Assembly (NCBI GenBank): GCA_951406725.2
Contig: OX597816.1
Coordinates: 77,500,001 to 77,564,000 of the forward strand
Length of the DNA: 64,000 bases
Origin: Octopus vulgaris
Taxonomy: Eukaryota
Direction of reading: 5' to 3'
Shown: one piece after another, positions 39,166 through 51,489 of the stretch
How positions within the stretch are numbered: the stretch's first letter is position 1
Layout of the letters: the number at the start of each line of letters is the position of its first letter
The notes under the pieces: generated by a model
The model's input: the letters and a program-made list of their open reading frames with translations, nothing else
What the model was told of the DNA's origin: nothing
Database searches by the model: none
Program-made: the position numbers and the translations under genes

Positions 39166-41930
39166 ATAATAGAGGTATTTTATCTGAAAGTGTATGTTAA
39201 AGAATTTGGATGTACTTGCATGTGTGTTGGGAGATTTGGGCATGTATTTAAAGGTCTTTATGTAAGTATGTACATTTGAAAGGTGCTGGTGCTGTCACAA
39301 ATAGGTGACCCAATCTACCCATGCTGGCATGGAAAAGTAGATAGAAAGCTGATAATGACCGGGATGCATCAGATGCACACACACCGAGTTTCTCTGTCTG
39401 TCTGTCTCTCACTCAATACATATCTTTCGTATAACATTTTAAGAGAGGAAAACACCAAGGTGTTTTCTCATCACCTTCCAGAGGAGAACTTGAGCTGTGC
39501 ACTTGCCAATTTTAACAGTCCTGTCACTGCTTACAACTGTGAACTATAGAAGATATGCTGTTGTTTCACTTGCAAAAAACAACAGCCAAATATCCTTCAG
39601 CTTATCCTGTATCATTTTAAGAAGGATACACTGGACACAATATATAATCAAGATGGTTATGGGCAGAATACTTTTGACAAGCACCTGCAAGTCTGTTTTC
39701 AGACTGAATTCTGAATTATTTCTTCTTGCAGTATTTGCTTAGAACTTGAACTCATCTGTTGAGTTTTGGCCATGAGCACAGTTCTATAGTGGTGACAGTA
39801 TATAAACCACAGACCTCTTGGCTGCATGTTCTTTAAGATGATGATGCTCTATTGGCTTAGTTATAAGATCTTTAACATAGTCTTTTATAATCCTGTTGTT
39901 CCTATATAAAAGTTAAGTGATAGGAACACTGTTATCCTTTAAAGAATAATACTTTGAGATAGTTGCATATAATCAATTATATCAACTCCAGTATTTATTC
40001 TGACCAGTACTTATTTTGTCAACCACAAGTGCATGAAAGACTATGGTGGGATTTAAATGTGGATACACTGGTTGATGAGAGTTGAGATAAAATGCAACTC
40101 TACTAATGTTATTGGAAGTGGTAGGGAGAAAACAAACAAACAAAACATCACTTTTATAAGTCAGTGGTTGTAGCATGTTAGTGAATGAGTCTTTACCTAT
40201 CAGCCAGATAGTCTTCTTTTGGAGGAGGTCTAGAATTTTGTGTATGTAGTGGTAGTATTGTTTCATGTATTTATAAGTTGTTGTTTATGATCAGACCTAT
40301 GATCATTGGTTTCACCGCTATCTCTTTTCCAGACTACTTTGTCTTAGGTATCTCATTTTAAAGATAGTAGGGTGTTATTCAAGGAAAATTTGGTTGCTAT
40401 TTTTAGCAGGTCAACTGACTGCATAAAGACTCCCTCATGGTTTGTGTATTTGCTTTACATATGAGTAGCTCTCTAATATGTATTGTTTTGTTTCAAGTTA
40501 ACCCCATTTAAACAACCTTTTAATCTGAGGCATTCCAGCTCTGACCATTCCATTTCTCCCAAGTCCAGACATATGTAGGTTTAGCTTTTTTTTTTAGTTT
40601 GTTAATTGTACAATTGAAGGCTGCAACAATTACACAATGTGGAAACCCCACCCCCATCTCTGTATGCCAATGGTTGTATCAGCATCTACATATTCTAATT
40701 ATACATGTCAAGAAGATGAGCCAGACTGATTTTGTTCAGATTAAGAAAATAGACAAAAAAATGCATGATAATGGTTAGTAATCTAATTTATTAATTCTTA
40801 TTCATTTGCCCTAAAAAGCATCATAAACTTTAAATGATCATAATGTAACCCTTTACTTTCCTCATAGTTGAAATGTTTTCTTGTTACATCCCATTTCAGA
40901 AATTCTATAAAGATACCAATAATTTTATTACAGATTCTAAACTTAGAAATATAAAAATCTTCGTAATGCTATTTTAATGCTCCTTAGACTAAGGTCACCA
41001 GCAAGTATCATATAAATAACTAAACAGATGCACACAGTATGATTACAATTTTAATTTCAACTTTATCAACTTGAGAATTCCAGTTCCAAGCAGCTGAGAT
41101 AAATATCCGTCCCAAAGTTATTTCATTGATGAGAAATTTCTTTAAAAAATTTTTTTATCTGTTCTCATCCTTAGAGTATAAAAAACTCTAAAATTATTTT
41201 ATTATAACAAACACAGCATTATTTTAAGAAAAGTACTTTGCTCAACTCTTTCAAGCCAACTTGCTTGAGACCACTCCTGGTCTTGAGATATAAAGCTATT
41301 TATTTTTTAAAGTATTCCTATTTAAATTAAAACTTCACATCACAATCTTAGCCAGAAACCTCTTATGTTCCAAATACCAGCTTAACTACGAATGTCTTTT
41401 TACCAATTCACTCTAAATTCTTGATTATTTGAAATTAGTTGAAACACTTTGTAACAAGTATGATCATAAAAAAGGGAACAGTTTCAGATGACAGTGTAGT
41501 TTTCCACACTGTTCATTCCTCTTTCATACTGCTATTTTTGAAACTACATTTTGACCAATCTATGTTCCAACCAATTTCATCAGAACTACAGTAGGGAGAT
41601 ACTTAATAACTTACAGGAAGAGAATAATTAAAAGTATTATTTCAAACTGATGAGTGGAAAATTTCATTATATAAGATTTTAGATAAGGGCTAATATTTTA
41701 TCTTTTTCTCACTATCTCTGTCACAACAGATAGTAACATATCTATTTGCTAGGGTCTCACCATTTAGTCATATTTATTTTGAATTCAATGTTTTGATGGT
41801 CTTCAGGCCACAATAGAGGAACTCTGCAAAACCTAGTCTTGATGTTAAATTAGACATTAGATTAAGCCTGCCCTTTACATTTCTTACCTGCCTAGAAATA
41901 ACAAATCTCCCTCCAATCACATTGGTCTAA

Positions 41931-44417
41931 CACGGGTCACTGAACTACAACCTGCAGGCTGGATCCAGCCTATGAATTCAGTTCATCTGGTCCGCTGCCG
42001 CATTGTATCTTTTGTGTAAGTACCTGCAATGAGAGTTCATTCCTGCAGTGAGGAAGACTGTTTACTTTTAGCAACTTCATCAAAGCGTCTATGATGGAAG
42101 CTGCAAATGACTTGCCCTGAGAAGGCTGATTTGTTTTGAAGTATCAGCCTTTCAGCAAGTTCAGTTGTGCAGAGAGCAGAAGAACTTGGAGAGAACATAG
42201 TGCTACAGATATGCAAGAAAGCTAGGACAAGTTCACTGATCTCTCGAGTACATCACGACTTCTTGCGTTCATTCATGGTGTTAATTTGGACTTTCAGATC
42301 ACAAAAGAGTTGGCATCCATTTGTAACATGCATGGAACAACAACTGGAGAATTCATTTTCATGGAAGTGCAGAAAATTTTGCAAGGCTATAACCTTCAGT
42401 GGAATCAACTTCAATGTGTTATAGTGAATGGAGGTAAAATCATGGCTGGAGTGAAGAAGGGTCTGGGTGGGGCAGATCAGGACTGTGTAGGAAGATCTTC
42501 AACTCCCAGGCGTTATGTTTATACACTGCATTTTACATCAGCAAGCCCTCTGTGGGAAAGACTTAAATATTTCTTGCATACTAAAACCAGTTGTTTCTGC
42601 AGTGAACTTCATTTGGGTTAGGGTTAAGGTTAATCAATGCCATTCCAGGTTTTTCTTGAAGAAATTGATTCTGAATTCTGTGATTTGCCTTTTCACACAA
42701 CATTGAGTAAGGTCAGCTGCACTAAAGTCTTGTGTCGGTTTTATAAGCTCTGAAGAGAAATAGGTATTTTTCTCATTGTAAAGGATAGAGCTAATCCACT
42801 TCTGTCAGATCCTACCTAGCTGTTAAAGTTGTCATTTTTGATTGACATCACATTCCACTTGAATGAATTGAACTTGAAACTTCAGGGAAAGGATAATCTT
42901 ATCTGTGATCTCTACAGAATCATCAAAGGATTTCTGAAAAAGCTATCACTCTTTGAAGAACAAATGGAAGGAGGAAACTTCTCTCATTTGGAATCACAGA
43001 AGATATTAACCTTCATTTTCTGAAGATTACTCTTGACTTAAACAAGCATTTTCTTGAGAGATTTTCATATTTCAACAAAATTGAGAGTGACATTCTTCTA
43101 TTCCAGAATCCATTTGATTGGAGCTCATTGATTTGCAAGCAAATGACTTGTTGAAAGAGAAGCACAGAGAAGGAAAATTTGTTGGATTTTATCACTGCTT
43201 ACCTCATGTGGAGTTTTCAAAGTTGAAGAAATTTGCCTCTGGTGTAACATTGGTATTTGGAGCAACTTATGCCTGTGAGCAAACATTTTCAAAAATGAAG
43301 TATGTGAAGTCAGCACATCAAAGAGGTTGACTGATGAACATTTGAAAGCAATTCTCTTTGTTGGATGCAGCAATTCCAAAGCAAATAGTGATGATATTTT
43401 TTATAACATGATTTTTGTATATGTCACCTTTGCGTCATGCACTAATACAGTGTGATGTATAGTACCATGGAATGGGTTAGACACCAACTGTCACCACTTG
43501 ATGTATCCCCAGCGTTGTAACCTATTTGCAGTATGGGTAGGAATTTCTTTCTTCTATCCAAAAATTGATAATAATGGTTGGTGATCAGTTTGTAGCCGTA
43601 AACTTCTACCATGCACAAATCTGTGAAATTTCTTCATGGCAAAAATGATCGCTAGAGCTTCCTTATGTATTTGACTATAGTTTTTCTCTGCTACTTTCAG
43701 AGAACGTGAAGCATAAACCACCACCTTCATTACCGTCTTTATATTTATGTAGCATTACTACTCCTGTGCTGTATTCAGAAGCGTCAGAAGCTACAACAGT
43801 CTCTGCTTTGAGCTTCCCATTTTGTATATTCCACTGTTTGGATGAATCCAGTTTTCTCTAATCTTGTCATTTAATCTTTTAGGTTATTTAAGATTTACAG
43901 ATCAATGATAATTAACTCAGACTTAGGTTAGCTTTGATCAAGTAGAAGCATGATCAAAAGTCTTCCAGCCATTACAGAAAGATAAAGACAACCACATGAT
44001 TTTTGTATATGTCACCTTAGTGTTATGCACAGTGTGATATATAGTACCATAGAATGGGATTGACACAAACTGTCTTCACTTGATGTGTTCCCAAATACTC
44101 TGCCAACAACTGTAACCAATTCAAAACAAATCTTAATGAAGTATAACAACTTCTCAACAATATTTTAAAAGCAAAACACCAGTTTCACAAATCTCACTAA
44201 CCTTTTTTACTGTCTAGTTTGTGAGATTCAGATATGTGTGCATTGTGTATGATGTAAACTATTTTATAACTAATGTCGCCTTCTCTGATAAATATTGTTA
44301 AATAAATATGTTGGTTGTCTTTATTTTTTGTGTATTCACTGTATCATATTGAACAAAATGGTTATGCGACCCGCACTTGTCATTCTCTCAGTGATCCGGC
44401 CAGCTGTGAAAAAAGTT
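41931..44417 (+). mobile_element. hAT (Buster/SPIN, GTF2IRD2-like) transposon remnant
   Basis: HCILHQQALC (CxxH motif), FLIDITFHLNELNLKLQGK, FGATYACEQTFSKMK...LTDEHL; left end CACGGGTCAC; direct repeat TTGGTCTAAC at 41922 and 44417; frameshifted. Confidence 0.9.
43399..44159 (-). mobile_element. Nested Gypsy (Mag-like) LTR retrotransposon remnant with RNase H
   Basis: 5-bp duplication ATATT (43394-43398, 44160-44164); LTR-like direct repeats at ~43405-43510 and ~43994-44159 ending in CA; minus strand VASDASEY...YASRSLKVAEKNYSQIHKEALAIIFAMKKFH...QTDHQPLLSIFG...TANRLQRW. Confidence 0.85.
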
Positions 44418-47400
44418 TGGTCTAACTTAAAATCTGAGAGCATTACTTTGTCTGATTGTAATGGCTTGAAAACTTTTGATCATACTTCTGATTGATCAAA
44501 GCTAACCTAAGTCTGAGTTAATTATCATTGATCTGTAAATCTTAAATAACCTAAAAGATTAAATGACAAGAACCCAGCAAATAGGTCTTTTATTATATGT
44601 TATGGCAGAAATAATGAAAGAGAAAATGTTAGTCCTTATCTAAAATCTTATATAATGAATATATTTCCATTAGACTGTTTGAAGTAATATTTACTTTTGA
44701 TTATTCTCTTCCTATACTTATTAAGAATCTCTCTATTGTTGTTTGATGTTAGGTTTTCATCAACCTGTATGATTGTGCACTCGCGCGCACACACACACAA
44801 GAGAGATAGCAAAGCAACAAGGGGAACCTTTATATGGTAGCTTGATAAACTAGAAATAAAAACTGAATGCCCCTTCAATCATATCCTTGTATCTTAAAAG
44901 AGGGATATCTTGGAAAAATATATTCTTAACTATTCAGTGTCCAGGGAAAAAATACAGGCTGGTTATGGATGGAATGTCCTTGATCATAGGTTTGTTATAT
45001 GAGGGCTGTTCTATGTGTAAACAATATCAATAACAGCAAATAGAGAAAACAAGAATAAGAGGAAATCAGAACAAGTTGAAATTAAGAACATTGAAATAAA
45101 ATAGTACTTGATTATGAGTTTGTCAGTCAGTGTCTCTAACCTGGGAAATCACAAACATTACAGTTGACTTAGCATGCTCATTGCCTAGTTGCCAACCAGC
45201 TTATTGATTACTGGCATGCTGCTTTTTTTTTTCAACCAGTAGCTATCTTGGCAAACAATGTCCAACGGTACATGTGTTGCTGGTACAATCAGTCAACGAA
45301 TGTGCATACTTGATTCAGTTAACCAATGCAGGTGTTTCATTATGATCTGCTGTTCAAAAAGGAGCACAGCTGGGTTTTTTTCCTTAAGACATGTTGGTGC
45401 ACCTCACACTGAATATTAAATCATGTATATTGAATTATAATTCTAACTGAATTCTGTAGCTGGTAGAATATTGCAGCTGAGTTGCTTAATATCTTGGAAA
45501 CCACAGGTAAATTTCTCTCAAAGCACTCATAAAGAAGGATGCATTGGATTATGTGAATCTAGGTATATTATGTCTAAAAAAAAAATCCATATAAAAAGCT
45601 GGGAGAGTCATGGCTGGAACACTTTAAATAATAAATTGGTTTTGCTTATTAGATCTGAAGTGGGAGCTAAATAACAACAAAACTACCTGGCAGTGTCAGG
45701 TTTATTACAACATTGTGCTAAGTTACTTTGGACGTTAAACAATGATGATGATGATGATGACGATGAAGAAGTTGTATGAAAAACTGCTAAGTTAATTATT
45801 CCTTATTCAAACATTTTTTTTGTAAAGTTATCATTCAAGTAGAATACCATTCTCTTGTTAATTTTTAAGAATTCTTGGCTTTTTAATAATGCTTGATAAA
45901 TTATGTTTCTTTGATCAATGATTTTGGATGAAATTGTGTGTGCAAGTTGTAGCATTACAAGATCTAGAAAAGTAGAAAGAGGCTGTGGGAAGCAGTGAAA
46001 CTTTGGGAACAGGTGTAGATAACTAATCACAGCAATTTCATGAATGATGTAACACACATGTTCCAAGATGTCTGTGTGTGAATGTACATGCTTTTCCAAT
46101 GAATATGAAATCACTAGAGTGGTTTACAAAAGTAAAATTTATTCCCTGTTTTCAATGTAAGAAATATCAAAATGACGATTCTGGGTTTACTACTAGCTCT
46201 ATCCTTATGTATCTTTATTCCCGTGAGTTTGTTTTGCCTGTACAATTGCTCTTGTTGGAATGTTATGGTTTTATTTATTGCATCATTCCTGGAAAAAACA
46301 TTATTCATGTCAAACCTTGAATGGCTGTGTCAGAGCATCTAATGTCAGCATGTCAATTACTGATAATCCTAACAGACTTGTTAAGATTATTTAATCATTT
46401 TTGTCTGTTTTCACATTCAGCCGAACAGTAATATAATCCTTTGTTGCCTATCTGCCTGAATTTATTGTATTGTAAGTGAAGCTTACATAATTCAGTGTCA
46501 GAATAATATGTATGGTGCAGATGTTGTGCCTTAGTCAATGAGACATATTCAGACACATGTTTATTTTTAGATTATTGTTCTTTTGTACTTGAGGACTATT
46601 TTTAATGAAAAGGTGGTTCAGAAGTGGTGGGAGTAGATTATGCTGACATTATTAGAGCAAAGATGGAAAAATAGAACTGTTATGTGACATAGATTGTGAT
46701 GAAAACCTATTTAAGATATGTTTATTTTGAATAGAGATATAGAGCAGCTCAAACTTTAAGAGTTTGTATCACAGGAAACAGGATGCTGTATAATGTGTGA
46801 AAAAGAGGACTGGAAAGGTTTTTAATCTATTGAGAGTCATGAGTGTACTGTTTAGTGTCAAGTCAGCTCTAATTGAGGAGATCTATGGTCAAAAGTAGCC
46901 CAGCCATCACCATCCTAACCTTTTCTGGTGTTTATCGAACCACATTCTTCAATATATCTTTTTTGTTTTTAGATGGCAAGGTGTAGTTTTAGGGTTATCT
47001 GGCTGCTATTTCTATCAAGTTGTGTGGGCATATGGAAGCCCAAAGGCAGCAAGTATTTAATATTTGGGAAAAGGTCAAGGGAAGGCATAATTGTAGCGTT
47101 GTTTGTTTACATGTAAGTGTGGTGCTGGTATATTTCATTAGTTAAGTGTGAAGATATAGAAGTGTGTAATGGCAGTCTAATCTAATTTTTAGTTTAATAC
47201 AGACCATCTAGTCCTTATGTGCCTTTAGCAGAATCTATTGTTACAAACATTTTGTGTCAAGGTCTCTGGCCTGAAGATACCTTCCTCCTTTTTTCTGTTG
47301 TTCTCACCATTCTTAAAGATTTGGCAAAATGTCAAGGGCAATAGCCTTCTACTACTAATTCATGAAAACAAAAAAAAAACATCTTGCATGTATCTTTTCA

Positions 47401-47609
47401 TATACTGGAGACTACTATGAAAATTTTAAAATATTTGCATTCACTTGGAAGATGTCTTCATTTTAAATTTGAAGGGTATTTAATGTTTTAATAGGGAAAT
47501 TTTACTATAATAGATAGAACAATATATTTATGAAATATGGCTTCATTTTAAGCAACAAAGTCCAACTTTTTTTTCAGTTACAGTTACATAAATAAATTTG
47601 ATTTTATTG

Positions 47610-47613
<4 letters not shown>

Positions 47614-47657
<44 letters not shown>
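47614..47657. repeat. (GA)n microsatellite
   Basis: Direct inspection. Confidence 0.95.
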
Positions 47658-47659
<2 letters not shown>

Positions 47660-48164
47660 CATTTGTTTACTGCAGAGACGGAAAATTGTAAATCAAGACA
47701 TTTTATCTTTTTTTATTTCTAAATTTTAAATTGATAACTGAAATGTTTTAATGCCCTCAAAGTTGAAGTGAAGAAATTTCTTACTTCTTTGAATTTCTGT
47801 TTTTCATTTGCTGCTGTTTAATATAAACTTATACAATCATTTGAATCTAAAAGTACCATGAAAGCCTGTGTGTGAAAAGAGATGTAGATGTCTGCTATAC
47901 ACATCTGTACATGGATTACATGAGTTGGATGAAAAAGATTCTTGAGAAGATATAGGAAGGTACTGATAGTAGAGAATAGGAAGATAGCAGGCTGGTTGGT
48001 GGTTGTGGTGGTGATATACTGTATTGCAGACCCATCCTTTTATTTTAGGATGATGGTAATGATGATATTTTCAATTCTAGTTAGAATTTCAGTTTTAAAT
48101 TTCATTCATTAATACTGATTTTGTTTTACAAAGACAATTTATAAAATAGTAAACTTATAATAAT

Positions 48165-48385
48165 ATTGAGCACCCAGAGAGAGCGCAAGCCTCCACCAAG
48201 GCAACACCAATGTCCTCTCATCGATTAGCCAGCGATGATTTTTAAAATGAGAATATCTGAAATAAACTTGACTGCTCTCCCAAACGAGAATACTAAAAGT
48301 TAACCTGACTTCTCTCAAAAATTAAGTAAAAAAACTGGAAAAATAATCCAGAATCCTTGTCCAGTACCTGATCAATCCCAATTAC
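48165..48385. mobile_element. Possible Helentron-associated non-autonomous element fragment
   Basis: Terminus GAGCACCCAGAGAGAGCGCAAGCCTCCACCAAGGC resembles the CTCCGCCAAGG subterminal motif recalled for such elements; the other end is not seen. Confidence 0.35.
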
Positions 48386-50152
48386 TGAAAAAAGTGAAGT
48401 AACTTATAATGAAACAAACAATTAGGCTCTGATTTAATTACCTATCTCCTTTGGGAAGTTTTAAAAGTTATCAGTTGATTTAATTTTTGTTCAATTAATG
48501 CTGATGTTTTTAGAACATATTGTTATACTTCTAGATACATATAACTAATTTTTAATCAAGTCTGAGGTTTTGATGTCTGTTTTGACAATGAGTTAGGAGA
48601 TATACATAAAAGTAGGTAGGTTGATCTTTTGTGGGAATGGCGGTTGTTTTTTTCTTGGATCTTTCATTGGAAAAAGGCCCTACTTGAAATATTAAGGTAT
48701 TTATATTTTCCAACCTGTTTAGTTAGATTGTAATTTCACACATTTTCACAGATTTTAGAAGAGTAGCAACAGCAATCCTCTAATTGCAACATTCAGGCAA
48801 TTGATTCTTCTTATCAAGTACCTACCTACTTCTCATCAAGTACCATGGTTAGACACCTCTGCCAAAAATGGATTCTGTATCAACAAATACGCCTATGTAT
48901 TTTTTGTTTGTTTTTATATAAGTAAATTACAATAGTTTGATATGTACAATGGTTGTTTTGATTGTAAAGCATTGTTTAAAGTTTTTTTTTTTAAATAACA
49001 AACGACCTTGACTATAATTGTTAAAATAAAGTTAGTCACACAAATGGAATTAGTGTAAAAGCAACATGTAGAATATGTGGAGCACATTCCATTCCAGTGA
49101 AAAGGTGAGATAATTTACATAATCTGACTATTGAGATGTAACTGATAACTAGTTAATGAAAAACTTTGTTTTTTCACATCCTGAACATCTAATGGACTCA
49201 CAAGAAAACTGAACTGAACATTGTTTAAATCTCTCGAATGGTTTAGTACTGGATAACAACTACTACTTGCATTATTTTGCTTGGAATAGTTTTTAAAGAC
49301 AAATATTTGTTTGTGGCACTATGAACTTTCTTTCCAAAACAACCTCCCTTTGCAAATTCTTAGGAATTAGAATGTGTACTGTTTCCTCTCTTTTGAATTG
49401 ATGTAATCAATGAATTTAATTCTACCTATATAAACAGTTTTGAAAAATCTCTACACTAATTTGACAGTAATTTAGGGCTAGTATTATTGCCTTCAGCCTT
49501 GTACTCGACCACCTTGTATTAATGTTAGCATGTGGAATTAGTTGCTGAATGTTCAGCATCACTGTGGTCTGATACAGAAGATAGGTTGTTACAAATGTTT
49601 AATTTTACTCAGTTACATGATTGAGAAGTGTTTGCCTAAAAAAGTGATTTATGACATTAATACACATAGAATTTGTTAGTGCTTCCTTTTTTTTTTATAG
49701 ATAGTTCATTCTTTGATAGAACTGTTAGTTTTCTCTTAAAGTTCCTGTTCCCTAATAAATGTCAGATGCATGCTGAAGTTGCCACTTTCTCTCCATATTT
49801 CATAGATATATCATTGAACAGTTGGAAGAAATTTCTTCAGTGAATTCAATATCTGATATTTGAAGAGAAAAAGTCATAATTAGATTATAAAGAATTTGAT
49901 AATTTAGCATAATCAAAGTAAATTGGATATAAAATTAGTCTTTGATAATGCAAAGATTTTTTTTACTGGAAAACATGTTATTTCTTCTAAATTGCAAAAG
50001 CTGTATCCATTTTTGTATGGGTGAATTTGAATGCTTTTCACACTAAACTTCACTTTGAGAATTTGCTATAGCATTATATTTGGTTTGTGGTATCTTATAA
50101 TTACTAAATATTAAAATTAATACTAATTATAAATCATTTTAGTTTTTGTTAG

Positions 50153-51489
50153 TGTTATAATCCTTAAAATGTTGGATTATTATAGCGTCCACTTCAGTAT
50201 ACAGTATACTTAGTAAAACCAGTAAAGACAATTATCTCTGACCACCTACTGTGTACTCTGGTACTTCTCTTTACATATAGCGATGAAGTTATTTCATTCA
50301 CGTGGGAGGGATGTACCATTATTACTAATTCCTTACAACATCTCCCCTTTTAAGTCTTTCTTAGGAAGAGTCATTTTATTTAGTAGTAATTTTTTTTATT
50401 TACTCCACTGCCCTTTTTTGAGTTTTTTTTCCTGTACAATTTAATGTTTTGGTGCTTGGCATCTATTTTCAGGAACTCTGTATGTTTTCTTTTCCTCTCA
50501 CTTATATACCTGGGTTCAATCACCTGCAGTGGTGTTGGTACTTGGAACGTATCATAAAACCATTCCATCAGTTCCTCTAACTTTGGTTCACTTTCCACAA
50601 ATCTCTTTTTCAGTTGGTTCCTGTGTCTCTTGTATGCCTTTTCTACTTTTTACCCAATACATCGTTGTTTTTCTCAATGTTCAGACACTTCCAACAGGTA
50701 TTGAACAACGAGCTTTTTTCACTGAAAATTTGACACAATATATTCTGTTGTGTCATTAAAATTTATTTCCAAAGGTTTTCTTGGGAGTACGTTATTACTG
50801 TTGCATTCATGTTCTGTTGCCGCCAGTTTTCTCAAGACTAAGTGTATTTTCATCTTGTCCCAATCTTTACATTCTTTATCGAAGATTTGCTCATATCTTC
50901 TATAGTATGTTTCGAAGATAACTTCTTCGCCAGGTTCGTATTTGAATTGTTATGGAGTTCGCAGCACAGTCTGCTGAGAACACTTTTTATGACTTTTCTA
51001 ACAACTTCAGTAATTGCAGCATTTATTACTGTAATATTATTTGTTGTTATTATTGCTTCTGTTGTTGCTCTTGCAGTTGTATCTGCTGCTGCTGTTGTTC
51101 TTTCAGTTGCTATTGTTGCAACTCAAGCAAACTAACCAACAAATTTTCCATAATTTTACGATTTTTTTCATAAAATTTGCACAAAACTTTGTTAGTTTAT
51201 TGACTCCTCTTCTAGTTTCTATTAACTCCACGTGAATTGGTTAATCCTTGTCGAGTTTATTAATTCCTCATGAGTTGTTTAAATCCTCATCGCCACAGTT
51301 ATATCCTTAAAATGTTGGATTATTATAACGCCCACTTTTGTATACAGTATACTTAGTAAAACCAGTAAAGATACAACTATCTCTGACTGCCTACTATGTA
51401 CACTGCTACTTCTCGTACTTATAGTGACTAGGTTATTCTAGTCGTCCTGTGGGAGTGGGGTGTACCATTATTGCTAATTCCATTCAACA
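50153..51489 (-). mobile_element. Internally deleted Mag-like Gypsy LTR retrotransposon
   Basis: LTRs 50153-50340 and 51297-51489 (TG...CA; the right LTR starts AG); minus-strand PBS TGGCGATGAGGAT (51295-51283); PPT AAAAGGGGGAGA (50352-50341); gag remnant FKYEPGEEVIFETYYRRYEQIF...SLFNT fused to integrase tail RHRNQLKKR. Confidence 0.9.

Noticed and set aside
42167-43330. Domesticated GTF2IRD2/EPM2AIP1-like host gene
   Set aside because: Multiple frameshifts and stops, transposon ends and a nested insertion indicate a dead transposon copy.
43331-43348. CTGATGA...GAAA hammerhead-like words
   Set aside because: They encode LTDEHLK of the hAT transposase and have no supporting helices.
45460-45506. 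Possible small + strand exon ending CAG|GTAAAT
   Set aside because: No recognisable protein similarity or partner exons.
50842-51235. Hydrophobic, membrane-protein-like ORFs on the + strand
   Set aside because: They are antisense readings of the Q-rich Gypsy gag remnant.
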